Positions 37,665 through 64,000 of a DNA stretch of 64,000 nt are shown here, piece by piece. Position 1 is the stretch's first letter. Every line of letters begins with the position of its first letter. Location: the NCBI GenBank assembly GCA_963693365.1, contig CAVNZM010000004.1, forward strand, positions 5,024,564 through 5,088,563, given 5' to 3'. Below the pieces are notes generated by a model. It was not told the origin of the DNA. It was given only the letters and a program-made list of their open reading frames with translations, and made no database searches. The stretch is from Amoebidium appalachense (lineage: Eukaryota; Protista; Ichthyosporea). A program made the position numbers and the translations under genes.

Positions 37665-40236
37665 CTGTTTACAACGGATAAAAGAAAAAAGAGTGCCTAA
37701 GATTCTACTTGCATCTAAAACGTGTTGCTCTGTGTCAAGCTGTCAGTAAGAGGCAGAAAGAAATAACGGAAGCACTCACAGAAAGAACTCACCACCGAAT
37801 AGCTGCTGCATTCAGTAGCGATGAAGGTTGCAGACTGCGCAGCCTGGGCTCGGTTGTTATCCCCGTGTGCCTTGAACGCGTCGTTCTACAGCTCTTCGAC
37901 CAAGTTATGCCTTTCTTAGTGTGCCAACAGAAAAAACACGTGGTAGTTCAGTGACGTTCCGCGTTACATATTTTCTCTTTGCCTGGAGTAAACAGCGTAA
38001 ACGTTAACCCCTTACATATGTGTCCGCGAATAGCCCGTCGGGTCATCAACAGACCCGGATCTGACCCATATGTGGATCTTCTACTATTAGTTATCAGTCT
38101 AGGTTAACCAGAAGTTGACCCGAATCGTTAGCATCGGAACCACGTCGTGACATAATCGTCGCCCGTAGGAAAAGTAGACCGTACCCCCCTGTGGAATGCA
38201 GAATAGCCTTTTTTGGTTCGGTCGTCATTATCCCGGGAATCTTGATGGCGACGGACGGCCTGAGTCTCTAGATCCTAGCGCTAACGATGGGCTAACGCAT
38301 CACGTCCAGTACCTCGCCTTAAAGAACCCTCTACCTCCCTAAGGCTAACGGCGCGGGCGGGGAGCACCCTGATGTCATGTTTGCGCAAGTCAGATCCACC
38401 TATCGTGTACCGCGTGCCGCGATCTCGAGCCGGAATATAAGTGTGTAAACCCTAGCCAGCATGGCCATTCCAACTTGCCAAGAGCCTTAGGGCAGGGCAG
38501 GGGCACGGCGTTCACAGTTGTGGCGACTTGCACATGTATCATACATTTTTGTTTTGCACTCATTGTGCAACTGCCTCTGATATATGCATCCAGAATTTAT
38601 TGAAGAGCAGAACCAACCTAAAAAAGAGCCACATTTTTCAGCCCTCATCCTCCTGATTCTTCGAGAGCCCTGTTCATTTGATATCAACCCCTCTGCTACC
38701 CTGTCAGCGGTAAGATCTCTCCGTTGTCATTCTGCCCGGAGCCTCCGAGTTGCGCTGTTGCTCGCTCTCTCACACTGCCTGTCTCGGCTCTTTCTCGCCA
38801 TAATCGAATCCCCCCCCCCTCCTCCTCCCCCCCCTTTCCCCTTCCCCGTCCTCCGCCTACCCCCTCTTTCCCCTCACCAAGACAAACACACATGAACACA
38901 CCCGCGTACAAGCCAGTACAAGCCCGGCCTCCCCGCGGCGATCTTGAACACAATTAACCGGCCATCTCGAACACAATTAACCGTGCCTCTCCCCCCTCCC
39001 CCCCCTCCCCACCCCCCTCCTCTCCCCCCCCCTCCCCCCCCCCCCCCCCCCCCCCCCCCAGGCTCTCACACACGCACGTGTGCACACATACACGCGCGCG
39101 CGCGTACATACAATCTTCAACTCAGGTATAAACACACAGAACGCCCCGCCGCAAGAACCTGTTGTGCCGTTATACTCGATTTAGGCTGGTCGATAGTTTT
39201 ATGTTGACATCAGGAGAGTATAAGTACTAGTTACAGATGTGCGTCAACGGAAGCTGGTCACACCTTTTGAGTTACAATTTATAGCCAGGAACCCGACCAC
39301 GCGCATGACATCACACACCGATTCACGATCATCACTGGTTGCCTCACAAAAATTCCTACTCACGGCGACTCGTATGTGCCACCTACGTAGCAGGCCTTTA
39401 GCACGAGGCTCTGGTAATTCCTAATGTGCAACCATAGTTATGCCACAAGAAAAGCAATTAGAAGGGACTGGGAGAGAGGGGGAGGAAAGTGGGAGAATAC
39501 CTGTATGCTAGCACGTGCGCACATGGGGGACAGAGCGAGTAATCACGTGTGTGTCCTAAATCTAAGGGGATCGATGGTGGCCCAGTGGTTGGAGAGGGGG
39601 AGGGGGGGGGGGGGGGGGGGTCTTTGGTGCGGGAGGCAAAGCGACTAAACGCGCCTCGGGAAGAAGGGTGTAGTATGTTTGTCTCCATTGTTTTCTGTTG
39701 CCCAATACTGTCACGCGTGTGTGTGCTGTGTGTGTGTGTATGTGTACATGTGTGTGGGGGAGGGGGGGTTGGAATTATGGAGGAGACATCAGAAGACAAA
39801 CCACAAAACAGCACAAAAATTAGACAACCAGAAATAAAACTTACCAAAAACAAAAAAAAATTGAGGCGGAGACACTTGTGGGGAATTCAGTAATTATGCA
39901 AGCGAATGTGCTGGCCTAGAAGGAAAGGGGGGGGGGGGGGGTTACGTTTTTTTAAAAGAAATATAAAGAGAAAAGAAAAATTACATGGGCTTATAGGATT
40001 CGAGCACCTCGTATGGCTATATCACAGGGTGATGTTGATAAACACACCCGCAGTGGCAGCATGAGTAGCTCTCTTTGCAAAGTTGTTGCGCGTCAAGGTA
40101 GACAGCGCCGCTTTCGGACCAAAGGGTTCCAACTAATATTTGAGGGTCGAACGAACCTTCCGGAAGTGTAGAAACCAATAGACGAAACAAAAAACGGCAC
40201 AGGAACTTCGCAAAGCCAGAAACAAAATCAAAAAAT

Positions 40237-40278
<42 letters not shown>

Positions 40279-42737
40279 GGGGGGGGGGAAAGGATGATTT
40301 AAAGGACACTTTCCAGCCGTGAAACGCAGGTAGATGGGGAGGGGTAGCACCCGTCTTGATCAAAAACGAGCAGGGTAAATGATGTGAGCACACGTCACAA
40401 TGGGAAGGCCCGGGATTTGTGGTTGCAGGAATATGCAAGAAAAAGGAGAAACGTGTTTTGTGTTTGTGTGTGTGGGGGGGGGGGGGGGGGGGGGGGGGGG
40501 GGATGGTGCGAGTGAGTGAAGCATGAATGGCAACACGGTTAGTGAAGATCATGAGTCCAAGGTAACGTGAGTGGGGGCTATGGGATTTCACGTGCAGAAC
40601 AGCCACAAACACATGTGCACACGTCTCAAAGTGGAAACACACCACTACAGCACACACACACTTTGCCCATAAACACGGTCAACCCCAAAGGCTACGTGTG
40701 TGCCCGTGTATGGGTGATCTGTGCATGTTGGTTGGTGTGGTGCATGTCCTTTTCCACTTGGAGCCCTCATATTCGCAGGTGTGTGTGTGTGTGTGTGCGC
40801 GCGCACACGCTCACTCAACACACATACACACACACACACACACGAACAGATAAATTGGTTTGAACTCGGGGGGGGGGGGGGGGGGGGGGGGGGGGGAAGG
40901 GAGTAAGGTGGAGGTTGGTGCCTGCCCTGCGACAATATTGCTAATCCGGGGCGAATGGAAGAAGTTCGTCCTCAGGATGAAGAGAGGCATGACCAGAGAG
41001 CACGGAATACAAAGGCAAGAAAGGAAAACAGCCTTCCGTGACCGTAGAGGCCAAGAGAAAAAAGGCATGTGGAATATAATGCTCAGAATGGGGGAAAAGG
41101 GGAAGGCGGAAAAGAGTGTGTGTGGATTTGGGAGGGGGGGGGGGGGGGGGGGAGAGGGAGAGAAGAAGAGAGAGAAGTAGCAAGAGGGAGAGCGAGAGAG
41201 AGGGAGGTAGAAGGGGGGGGGGGGGGGGGGGGGGGAGAGAAAGAGGGAGGGATCGTGAGGGGGAGAGAGAGGCAGAGATAGATGGAGAGGGAGGGAGGGA
41301 GAGACGGCAATGAAGGCAGCGATAGCGGAGGTGAAGGAGGAGGGATTCGTAAAGGTGAGAATAGAACAGGAAAGATCCATTACAGAAGAAGAAAGCCGAG
41401 ATTACAAACGCACCGGGTCAGTGAGTAATGAGGATATACATATTAGAGCATAAGTGGAGGAAATAGTCCCACAAAGGAAGAGGGGTGTTGGATGTGTTGC
41501 GAAGTATGAAGCATTCATGACGAACAACACAATGCAGACGGCAAAGCACACACAGTGCAGTATGCAACAAAAGAAAAGAAATTATCAACCCAAGTGTGTG
41601 GGTGGGTGGGGGGAGGGAGGGAGGGGGGGGGGGGGGGGGGGAGGGGCACACATAAACAAAACGAAAACATGAGCAGAGTCCACAGCCCTCTCTTCTTCAC
41701 TGCTGTACACACCTCCTTTGCCCACCTCAAATTCACTAAGTTGCAACTTCCTTTTCATTTGTCCCTTCCCCCCTCCCCTCCCCCCCCCCCTTCCCCCACC
41801 CACAGACCCCCAAAAGCCCCCCCCCCCCCCCCCCCTCCCTCGAGGTGTTGAAACAGAGAAGAGGGGGAAACAGGGAGCAAAAAGAGAGGTGAGGGGCGGA
41901 GGACGGAGAGAGATGGGGACAGACAGAGAAACGAGGGGGGGGGGGGGGGGGGGGGGACGGGGGAGAAAGAGAGTGTGTGTGTGAGTGAACGTGAAGAGAG
42001 AGAGTGAGGACGAGATTGAGGGGAGCGGGAGGGAGGGATGAAGAGGGGGGGAGGGGGCCGGGGGGAGAGAGAGAGTGTGTGTGTGTGTGCGTGCATGTGT
42101 TCAAAGGGGGGGGGGGGGGGGGGAGGGGGGAGCGACAAACATGCAGCTACGTACAAGGCTTATGAAAAACACCAAACACCTGCTTCATCCTTCTTGTTGC
42201 TCCTAGACTCTAGCCGACACCAACCAAAATACTTTCAAGCAAACAGCAAAGTCCGATTCCTGTAGAAGAAAGATAAATATACAGAAAAGGAAAGTGAAAT
42301 TGATTAAGATTGGAGATAAGAGGCATATCAGGTGGTAAGTGATCCGGAGGGAACAGCTTAAGGGGGGAAAAAAGGCTTGAGGTTTGTGTGCACGTACGAG
42401 TGATGAAATTAAGGGTGAAGCAAATAACATTGGTCACGAGGTACAGGTTCCCTTACACAGCATGATTTGCGAGAAGATGAGTCCGGGTATGTTTGGAGGA
42501 AAAAGGGGGGGGGGGGGGGGGGGGGGGGTAGATGTGCATCAAGGTTGCATGGGAAACAAGTTCTAGCAGCAAAGAGTGACTAGAAAACCAGTGTGAATAA
42601 CCTAAGAAGACCTATTTCCATATCCACACAACATGGCTCAATTGGTAGCAGCAAATCTGAGAGTGAGTGGTGCGCGCGCACTTGGACAAAAAAAGGGGAG
42701 TAGAGAGCAGGTGTGTGTGCGTGTGTTTGTGTGTGTG

Positions 42738-42770
<33 letters not shown>

Positions 42771-42906
42771 TGCCAAGAAAGCAAACTCACAATCACTTGA
42801 GACACAGTTTGTGTTGTCGTTGTGGGCATGCAGATGAAAAAACACTCAGTAAGTCCAACGTGGAGTTTTACCACCCAAACAAACACACATGATGGCACCA
42901 CACACA

Positions 42907-42939
<33 letters not shown>

Positions 42940-43017
42940 ACACACACACACACACACGCACACACACGCGCACACGCGCGCACGCACGCACGCACGCACC
43001 TACATTTTTTTTTCGAG

Positions 43018-43493
43018 CCCAAACACTTCAAACCGAAAACCGAGAAAGATGTATACGTGTACAACACAAAGGACTACAAGTGTCAACCAACCTCTTATCG
43101 AGATCTGCGAATATCGGTCAAAGAAGTCCCAAAGCTGGAGCATGATGCCACCATCGACGTGACAAAGAGTTTTGCGGACCTTCTTCCAGCCCCTTTCCGA
43201 CAAAGCAGTAGCAGTCCTTCTCATAGTGGGTGTACGGGGCAAAGGCAGAAATTTTACGACGTGCAATCAACCGATAACAACTTTTGCATAACAGTTAGGG
43301 GATGCCCGACTCTATAGCCAACGTTACCGCCGTCGTATACGGGGACAAGAGCGTGAAAGACACAAACGCCTTGACAGGACAAGCAGCATATGAATACAGT
43401 TTACATGCAGGACTGCAGAACGTGGTTACGCGGCTGACCCTACAATGCGCAACTGAAAGCACAAATCAATGCCGGAGCGGCAGCTGCGCATAA
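43018..43493 (+). pseudogene. Coding-like terminal exon or gene fragment with one frameshift near 43305
   Basis: Two overlapping high-complexity ORFs (..NNFCITVRGC / PDSIANVTAVVYGDK..QCRSGSCA*) join by a 1-nt shift; no homolog recognised and no upstream exons found. Confidence 0.35.
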
Positions 43494-43944
43494 GGGCTTG
43501 AATTGACTTTTAGTACGCGTTAGCCCAGAGGTAGAGGGACCTGAACTGAAAAAAAGCCGGGATATTGCTTCAAGAACAAAACAGGTTTACTAATTGGTAT
43601 GACACCAGGTATGTGCCTGCATACCAATAAACTTCATGTCATGCATGTCATAAAGCCCAACAACGTGCACGTGGGGGCTTAAGGTCCGAGCATAAGAGCA
43701 ATGCTACCGCTCCTGCCGGCGTGCCTGGGCTACGTAGTAACCCTCGGCAAAGTGTGTACTTATAAGTAAGGTTGTGAAGGATGGTCTACTCTGCAATCAT
43801 AGCTCGCCGTGACTAGTGTACTGTCGGTGCTCAGTTTGGTAGACGGTAGTAGTTTCCCTAGAGGGCCTGCAAAGGCTATCCGGGAACTTCAAAACGTGAT
43901 AGAATTAAAAAGAGTAAGTGAGCCTCCGAGGTGCCAATTAAGAC

Positions 43945-44205
<261 letters not shown>

Positions 44206-44214
44206 CTTACTTGA

Positions 44215-44834
44215 AGGGCCCAACCACATCGGCTGAGTCAACCTGCAAAAAGCAGAATTATTCTGCAAAAACGGAACTATTCGGCAAAAGCGGAATTATC
44301 GGGCAAAAAGCAGACGTATTCTGCAAAAGCAGAATCACCCTACTTTTCAGCAGAATTATTCTGTTGTTAGCAGAATCATCCGAAAAAGCAGAATCATTTA
44401 GCAGAATTATTCCGCAAAAAGCAGAACTATTCCTAACACGTACTGACGTGTTGCCGCACGTGCGACGTTTAACATCTACTCAGGCGGCTTTTAAGTTTAT
44501 AAAAAATAAAAATAAAAAAAAATAAAAAAAAAGAAAGGAGACACCGCCTCAGTAGGTGGTAGGAATTATTCCGCAAAAAGTAGAATTCAATCCGCAGAAT
44601 AATTCTGCTTTTAGCATACAGCCATCGGATTCTGCTTTAGCAAATTGATTCTGCTTTTAGCTGATTGATTCTGCTGTTTGCAGAATGATTCCGAAGTGCT
44701 CACGTGGCTTTTGCAAAATTATTCTGCAAAAGTCTGCTTCTAGCAGAATAATTCTGTTTTCTGCAGAATAATTCTGCTTTTTGCAGAATAATTCTGCTCG
44801 GGGCAAGTTGACTCAGCCGATGTGGTTGGACCCT
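44215..44834. mobile_element. MITE, copy 2: ~28-bp TIR AGGG(C/T)CCAACCACATCGGCTGAGTCAAC with GCAGAATTATTCTGC arrays
   Basis: Near-perfect TIRs; same internal motif as 16788-17268; sits inside a GA microsatellite. Confidence 0.85.
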
Positions 44835-44849
44835 CTCAGAGAGAGACTC

Positions 44850-44908
<59 letters not shown>

Positions 44909-44918
44909 GGGGGGGGGG

Positions 44919-44968
<50 letters not shown>

Positions 44969-45428
44969 GTGAGTGAGAGAGAGTGAGTGAGAGAGAGAGA
45001 CTCACAGTCTCGGAGGGAGAGAGAAAAACATCATGATTTCATGACTCGGGGCCCGGCGAGAGAGAGAGAGAGAGATAGGGGGAGCAAACTTTCAGCCCGC
45101 TCGTTTGGTTCGGGGCCCCACCGTGACACAGATCGCAACTTGCACAATACTGGTTGTCCAACAAGGAGAAAAAGTTAGCATGGGATAACCCTCTCGCTCT
45201 CTAGCAGGAGTACCAAGAAACCCTGGGTGCGGCGTCTACAAAAAGCCAGGCCAGGGGTCTCACAATTTTTTAAAATGATGTAAGACAGGCTTAAAACCTT
45301 TTAAAAAGGCCTCAGGCTGATTCATAATCAGTTTTGAACGGATGTGACGTTGGCAATTGAATATCGGATCAACCAATAGCACCTAGGTGTTTGTGCTATT
45401 ATGGTTTTTGAATTTGGAGAAAAAAAAC

Positions 45429-45465
<37 letters not shown>

Positions 45466-45686
45466 GGAGGGTATCAACAGTAAATATCGACAACCCCCCT
45501 GGTGGTACTCCCCCCCCCCCCCCCCCCCCCCCCCTCCCTCCCCCTCCTTCCCCCAAGTTAACCGCATCATGATGGGTGGGTAGTAACCCCCGGGGAGCCA
45601 GCCCCGGCTAGCCCCCCCTCCGGATCCGGGACCCATTTAAGCCCGTAGGGTGGTGCCCCCCCCCCCCCCCCCCCCCCCCCGTGGCA

Positions 45687-45785
<99 letters not shown>

Positions 45786-45819
45786 TTTGTGTGTGCGTGT
45801 GCGGGTGCTCGTGCGCGTC

Positions 45820-45855
<36 letters not shown>

Positions 45856-45867
45856 TGTGTGCAAGTA

Positions 45868-45900
<33 letters not shown>

Positions 45901-46709
45901 CGCCGTGTGTGTGTGCCAGGGTTCGTGGATATAAGTGTGATAAGGCAGGGAGGGGCCCCGCTCTGAGGTAGGGTGGGGTGGGGTGGAGGTGGGTGGGTGT
46001 GGGGAGGGGAAGGCTTGAACTTCGAGTTTGTGACAATCTATTAGAAAATAAATTAGATGAGTCTGGCAGGTTTTTTGTGGTGACTTACATAGTGACATGC
46101 TTTATAGTTGATGTGGGGGGCACACCGTGCATGCCTATGTGCGCACGTGTCTGTGTTTGACCACATCGTGTGTGCATACAGTGTATGCATACAGGGGGCT
46201 TTCGTTCTTTAAGTTACTCCGATTACATGCATGGCCCTACTGAATGATACTTCTAAGATTTATGTGCTGGGTATACAGATGGACCTAAGGTTAGCATGTG
46301 CTTATACTTGTTGGCCTATTTTTAGCATTCACCGATACCGTTTGTTCCAAAAGGCACTCGGATTTTCCTTTTTGTCTATTCATGTCATGTACACCTTATT
46401 ACAGTAGCATCGCATGCACACCATTTTTGCACATTGCTAGCAAAACTCCGCACACATCATTCTACGGGATTTTTCTTCTAGACCAGATTCATAAGCTTTT
46501 TCGGACCAAACAGGTGCCCATAACGCCAATCATTTGGCACAGAACCGCTCAGGTCTGACCCGGAACCCTTACAAAACCCTCTTAATGGTTTACACACATG
46601 CACACGTGCACACGTGCCCTATCCTATCATTAGAGTAGCCGTCACACTGTCTTAACTCTCACAAAGGGGTTCGGTGCAGGATATGCACACATAGAAGGGC
46701 TGGGAGCTA

Positions 46710-49317
<2,608 letters not shown>

Positions 49318-50020
49318 CTTCTAAGAATACTGTGGTAGCAGCAAACCGAACGCCACCAACAAGAATACCAGCAACCAAAGGAGGGCAAAAAAAAAAAAAT
49401 CCTTTTAACTCGGGTGTCCTTTCAAAAGGGTTTGCATAATCCTGAGCCAAAAATGAGACGTACTTCGGTGAAAGTTGGGCTTTGCCTAAGCTTATATATA
49501 TACCTTTATAATAGCGCCGACGTTGATAGGAGAAAACTTCCCGGCTCGGGTATAACCATTCATGAGCTCGAGGTCTCCGGAGTGCAGCCGCGCGTATTGT
49601 GCATGCTACGTATATGTCCTGTCACACAGGTACACCTGAGCAAAACAAGGCAACACATGAAGCATGTAAGGGCCTACGTTCCCCCTAGACTACCGTTTTG
49701 GCGGGGAAAATAGTGACATACGATTGGTGGACCTAAAAGACAGACAAGCCATATAAAGCTAGATCACTGATAGATAGGCCATAAACATCTAATTCTGAAC
49801 AGCCCAATGACCTAATCTTTTCAAGTGACCTCGAGCCGGGGCAAACAAGAGTCGGAATGAAAAAAGTAGAGGCCTCCGTTTTTTCACAGAAAAGAGTTGT
49901 TTGTTCTGTACTCGGTTTCAACGCTAATAAGCATTCGCAGAGACTTTAAATTAACCTGAGAGCTTACAAGCAGGTAATTTTCCTTCTTGTCTTACACTTC
50001 TGGAACAATCAGCTTCAAAC

Positions 50021-59779
<9,759 letters not shown>

Positions 59780-60091
59780 AATTAAAGTTTGATTACAGTG
59801 GTATGCCGTATTTAAGATTACGTGTATTTTGGCTCTAGCTGGCTAGGATCTTATTTCCAGACCCCACTAGCCCACTATAGGAAAAGGGAAAAATCCTAAT
59901 TTTCATATATGTTCTGGGGGCTAGCGCACTAGAATTTTATTTTACTAAAATATCTAGCGCTGGAATCTTGGATTCAGGAAAATCTTAAATTCAGCCTACC
60001 CCTGTAACTGGATAAAAATTGATGCAAGTACTTAGAATTGTGGCCTTGATAGGGCCTCCCTGTTGCACTTGAATTTGTGTTTTAACTTTTC

Positions 60092-60133
<42 letters not shown>

Positions 60134-60402
60134 TTATTAAATTTATCTTTCTTTATATATATATATATAAGTCTAGTGCTATCTATCTCTGAATGGGCAA
60201 AATTTATTCACGTTGATGGCACTACCGTCCCGGTTAACTCCTTTGGTGTATGAAATCTTGATGTACATAACTTTCAAAACACAATACTTTTAAAGCCCGC
60301 TAGCTTAGCGTTACAGCACTATGGTATCCTTAGGGTTGTGTTGCTAGTTATTTATATGACGTTACTTTTTGTGAAACCAAGCGTTCTTAACCACGCGCAG
60401 TC

Positions 60403-60640
60403 ATGTCTGCCGCCGCCTTCTCTATGGCGGCCATTATCGGCACTGGCGAGAGTGCCCCCGTCGAGTCCAACATGCAGATGGACACCAGTGTTGTGCCTGA
60501 AACTGTCGTTGTTCCTGAAGTAACCCAGCAAGTCGCAGCCCAGGCCCAACTCAACGCGTTGTTCGCCTCCCAGTCGGCCAATTTGCCCAAAGGTGCAGCC
60601 ATCGAACGGGCACGCAAGATGCAGACGAAAAAGCCGCCCA
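60403..60640 (+). other. Coding-like 5' gene fragment running into a (CA)n tract
   Basis: ATG in GCAGTCATGT context; ~78 high-complexity codons (MSAAAFSMAAIIGTGESAPVESNMQMDTSVVPETVVVPEV...); no downstream exons or homolog recognised. Confidence 0.3.
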
Positions 60641-60663
60641 CACACACGCACACGCACACGCAC

Positions 60664-60696
<33 letters not shown>

Positions 60697-61170
60697 GCGT
60701 GCGCACACGTGTATTCGCCTTAGATATTCGGGTGATCAGTAAGCTTAGTCAGTAAGTTGTCTGGACTGGATACTTGGGCCTGAGATCAGGGCACAAATAG
60801 GATACTTTTGGTATATCTTTTGATATTCAGGGAGGTTTCGGGATATGTTGAGATGATACTCAGGGCATTCGCGAAAGAAAAAAAAAAAAACGGGATAATC
60901 TGGGGCCTTTGCGATATTTTCATGATATACCCAGGTTGATACTCAGGGCGAAAAACAGGATATTTTCATAAGGCCCTAGCTTGTGTGCAATACTGCCCCG
61001 AGGCACAATAAATGAGGCAATAGGCGACACTGAATGATACATATACGTCCAGCAGCTCCGAATGTGGGCATACTTTCCATCTTTAGAGCCGAATTATTGG
61101 CTGTAGAAGCTCCAGCTTTCCCCCAAGACTTTCGAAGCGCAACTGGTATGCTATATATATATCATATATA

Positions 61171-61280
<110 letters not shown>

Positions 61281-61548
61281 CGTAGTACACTGTATACATA
61301 TCTACGGTAGTATGTATTCTTCTCTCTTTTTTTATTTAGATTTATTTATGAAAGTTTCCGGTGAAAATATACAAAAAGTCACTTTTGGCAACACTCTGTG
61401 GAATGAGGCTGTACATACTAAAAGACTTGGCCTCGTGTCAGTACTGAGTTCAAGTGGCCCCGGCAGCAGTTTCATAGTCTCCAAGGCTCAGGTACCCACT
61501 GGCTCACGTAAGTGGCCGGGCACTACCACGCCGCGCGCGCTGCGGCGA

Positions 61549-61588
<40 letters not shown>

Positions 61589-62139
61589 CCGCAGGGACAG
61601 CACTCTCAACGCAGTGCACTCTACATACAACATAGCTATAGGTCAGCAGTGCACATTCCCCTTAGCCTAGGTCTCCTTCCGGATATATCACGGCCGTCTT
61701 GAAAAATTCTATTTTTATCTTTCCTTTATTTTCGGTAGCGTCACTGCCCCCTTCGGATCCACTGATTCCAGCGTCCGTACAAGGCGTCCGCACCACCAGC
61801 CGACTTCCGATGAACTTCTGCTACGTTCTTGTTTTGTTTACGGGACTTCGAATCTGATACTTTGTGAAAGCGGGTCGGCCGCTCGAACCACAACATCATA
61901 CTGCCCACTTAATGCTGACATACATACACACCGGTACTGTAGGGTAACATGCACAGAGGAGTATCATTACCCATTGTGGTAAGTATCCCCCATGACTTGG
62001 GCCCTCCCTGAGGATGGGCTCTGCTTATGACGCATACTGTGCGCATGGCTGATGCTGCATACTTGAATGTTTGCCTTTGCATGTGTCCTGCACCATGCTT
62101 CTCATCGTGTATGCGTACTTCGTACTGTGTTCCGCATTC

Positions 62140-62181
<42 letters not shown>

Positions 62182-62529
62182 TTCCCTCCCTTTTATTTGG
62201 GGCCCGAGGGGGGGAGGGGGGGGGGGAGAGGGGGGGCGAGGGGTAAGGGGTGCAGACTGTTGGAGAGAGGACCAAGTCCGAGGAAGGAGAGATTAAGATG
62301 ACAGGGCAAAAGAAAAAGGAAAAAGAAAAAGAAGGGCTCGTATGAGGAGCCAAAAAGATTAAGCATAAGTTCAGGTGGAGTGCTAATAGTAAAGGGAAGG
62401 GGGAGAGGGGGAGAGGGCGAGGGAAAGGTGGGTGGGGAGGGAGGGTGTGAGAGGGAAAGGGGGGAGGGAAGGAGCCAAGGAAAGGGAGAGAGAGGCAAGG
62501 CGGAGGGGGGGGGGGGGAGAGAGAGAGAG

Positions 62530-62560
<31 letters not shown>

Positions 62561-62984
62561 CGCTGGATGGGGATGCGGGGAAACTGGATGGAGAGAGGGA
62601 GGTGGGGAGGGAGAGAGGAGGGAGGGAGGGAGGGGGCGGAGGGGGGGGGGGAAGGAGGGGAGGGGGGGAGGAGGGGAGGGGGGGGGGGGGGGAGAAAGAT
62701 GGAGATAGAGAGGGGGAGGGGGCGGAGAAGGAGATTGGGCAGTTGGGAAAAGCTGGGGAGAGGGGGGGGGGGGGGGGGGGGCGGGAGAAAGAGGGAAAGG
62801 GGGGGGGGGGGGGGGGGGGGGAGGGAGGGAGAAGGGAAGGGGGGGGGGGGGGTGAGAGGGGGAAAAGGGGGAGAGTGAGAGTGGAGGGGCGAGGGAGGGG
62901 AGAGGGGAAGGGGGGGGGGGGGGGGGTGAGGGGGAAAAGGGGGAGAGTGAGAGTGGAGGGGGCGAGGGAGGGGAGAGGGGGAAG

Positions 62985-63015
<31 letters not shown>

Positions 63016-63075
63016 GTGAAGGGGACGGGGAGAGGGGGTGGGAACGAAGAGGGAGAGGGGGAGGGGGGAGGGGGG
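62140..63075. repeat. Polypurine (G/GA)-rich low-complexity tract
   Basis: Nearly pure G/A runs; yields the spurious 428-aa poly-Pro ORF. Confidence 0.9.
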
Positions 63076-63672
63076 ACGAGAAGAGTCGATCACAAAGAAA
63101 AGAAATTACTTCGAGCACAAGCATAGATATGTACACTGCAAACATGCAAAAACTGATGTAATAGAGGGACGGGGATAAAGAGAGGGACGGAGAAGAGGGG
63201 GGGGGGGGAAGGGGGAGGGGGGGGGGACACACACACACAACATTCAGCCCCTGCCTCCTGCCTCCCTCCCCCCTTCTCCGTATCTCTCTTGATCCGCGTC
63301 CCTCTATTACAGGGGGGGGGGGGGGGCAGGGGGAGAGGGACACACACACAAAACATACAACCCCTGCCCCCTTTCCCCTCCTCCTCTCCTCCCCCCCCTC
63401 CCCCGGGCGCCCCGTTTCCTTCACTCCCTGTTTTGGCCGCTAACCCTGCACTTTTCTTTCCTCCTTTTTTTTTTGGAATACATCTTCAGGTCTGTGTCGG
63501 GATTTCGCGAGATGACGTCAATATGACGTCAACTTGTGTCATATTGATGCGATGTTGTATGCCATGCTTTGCCTATGTAGGGCACCAAAAAACGGTTTTT
63601 TTTTGTTGAAGAAATTGTGTTATTTACAAATAAAGGAACGTTGGAGGTGTGCCGGCTTATTCGTTACTTTGC

Positions 63673-63717
<45 letters not shown>

Positions 63718-63810
63718 CCTCCCTCCCTCCCTCCCTCCCTCCCTCCCTCCCTCCCTCCCTCCCTCCCTCCCTCCCTCCCTCCCTCCCTCCCTCCCTCCCT
63801 CCCTCCCTCC

Positions 63811-63843
<33 letters not shown>

Positions 63844-63947
63844 CCCCCCCTCTCCCTCTCTCACACACTCTCTCTCTCGCTCTCTCTCTCTCCCCCTCTC
63901 CCTCTCCCTCCCTCCCCCCTCCCCCTCTCTCTCTCCCCAACCCCCCC

Positions 63948-63988
<41 letters not shown>

Positions 63989-64000
63989 ACACACACACAC

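Larger units (their letters stand above)
23023..38267 (+). mobile_element. THAP-bearing DNA transposon, Kolobok-like, ~2.8 kb after removing nested LTR sequences
   Basis: Perfect 18-bp TIR AGACTCAGGCCGTCCGTC / GACGGACGGCCTGAGTCT, flanked on both sides by CTAG; subterminal GTACGGTCTA also inverted (23101 / ~38185); THAP ORF inside. Superfamily call rests on AG..CT termini, 4-bp palindromic TSD and THAP. Confidence 0.75.

Noticed and set aside
39982-40060. GGATTCGA resembling a tRNA T-loop on the minus strand
   Set aside because: No cloverleaf or acceptor stem could be formed.

Overview
Eukaryotic genomic window, very rich in microsatellites and poly-C/poly-G runs; most entries in the ORF track are low-complexity artefacts. 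I assembled spliced host genes by hand from GT-AG sites and frame continuity: (1) a 3-exon glyoxalase II (HAGH) with a mitochondrial-type presequence and a second in-frame ATG, head-to-head with a possible 58-aa gene; (2) a 3-exon SIVA-family gene head-to-head with an 8-exon gene that fuses a SWSAP1-like (Shu complex, RecA-fold) domain to a C-terminal ASCH domain, the most novel item here; (3) an intronless secreted Cys-rich orphan ORF. The middle of the window is transposon-derived. It holds LINE 3' fragments, a 2.9-kb DIRS/PAT-like element with split direct repeats that encodes only RT-RNaseH-MT, and several MITE/foldback elements. It also holds a THAP-bearing Kolobok-like DNA transposon containing a young chromodomain Ty3/Gypsy element, itself carrying a non-autonomous tRNA-Arg-primed LTR element, plus a solo LTR. 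Family assignments rest on motif recognition from memory, not database searches.
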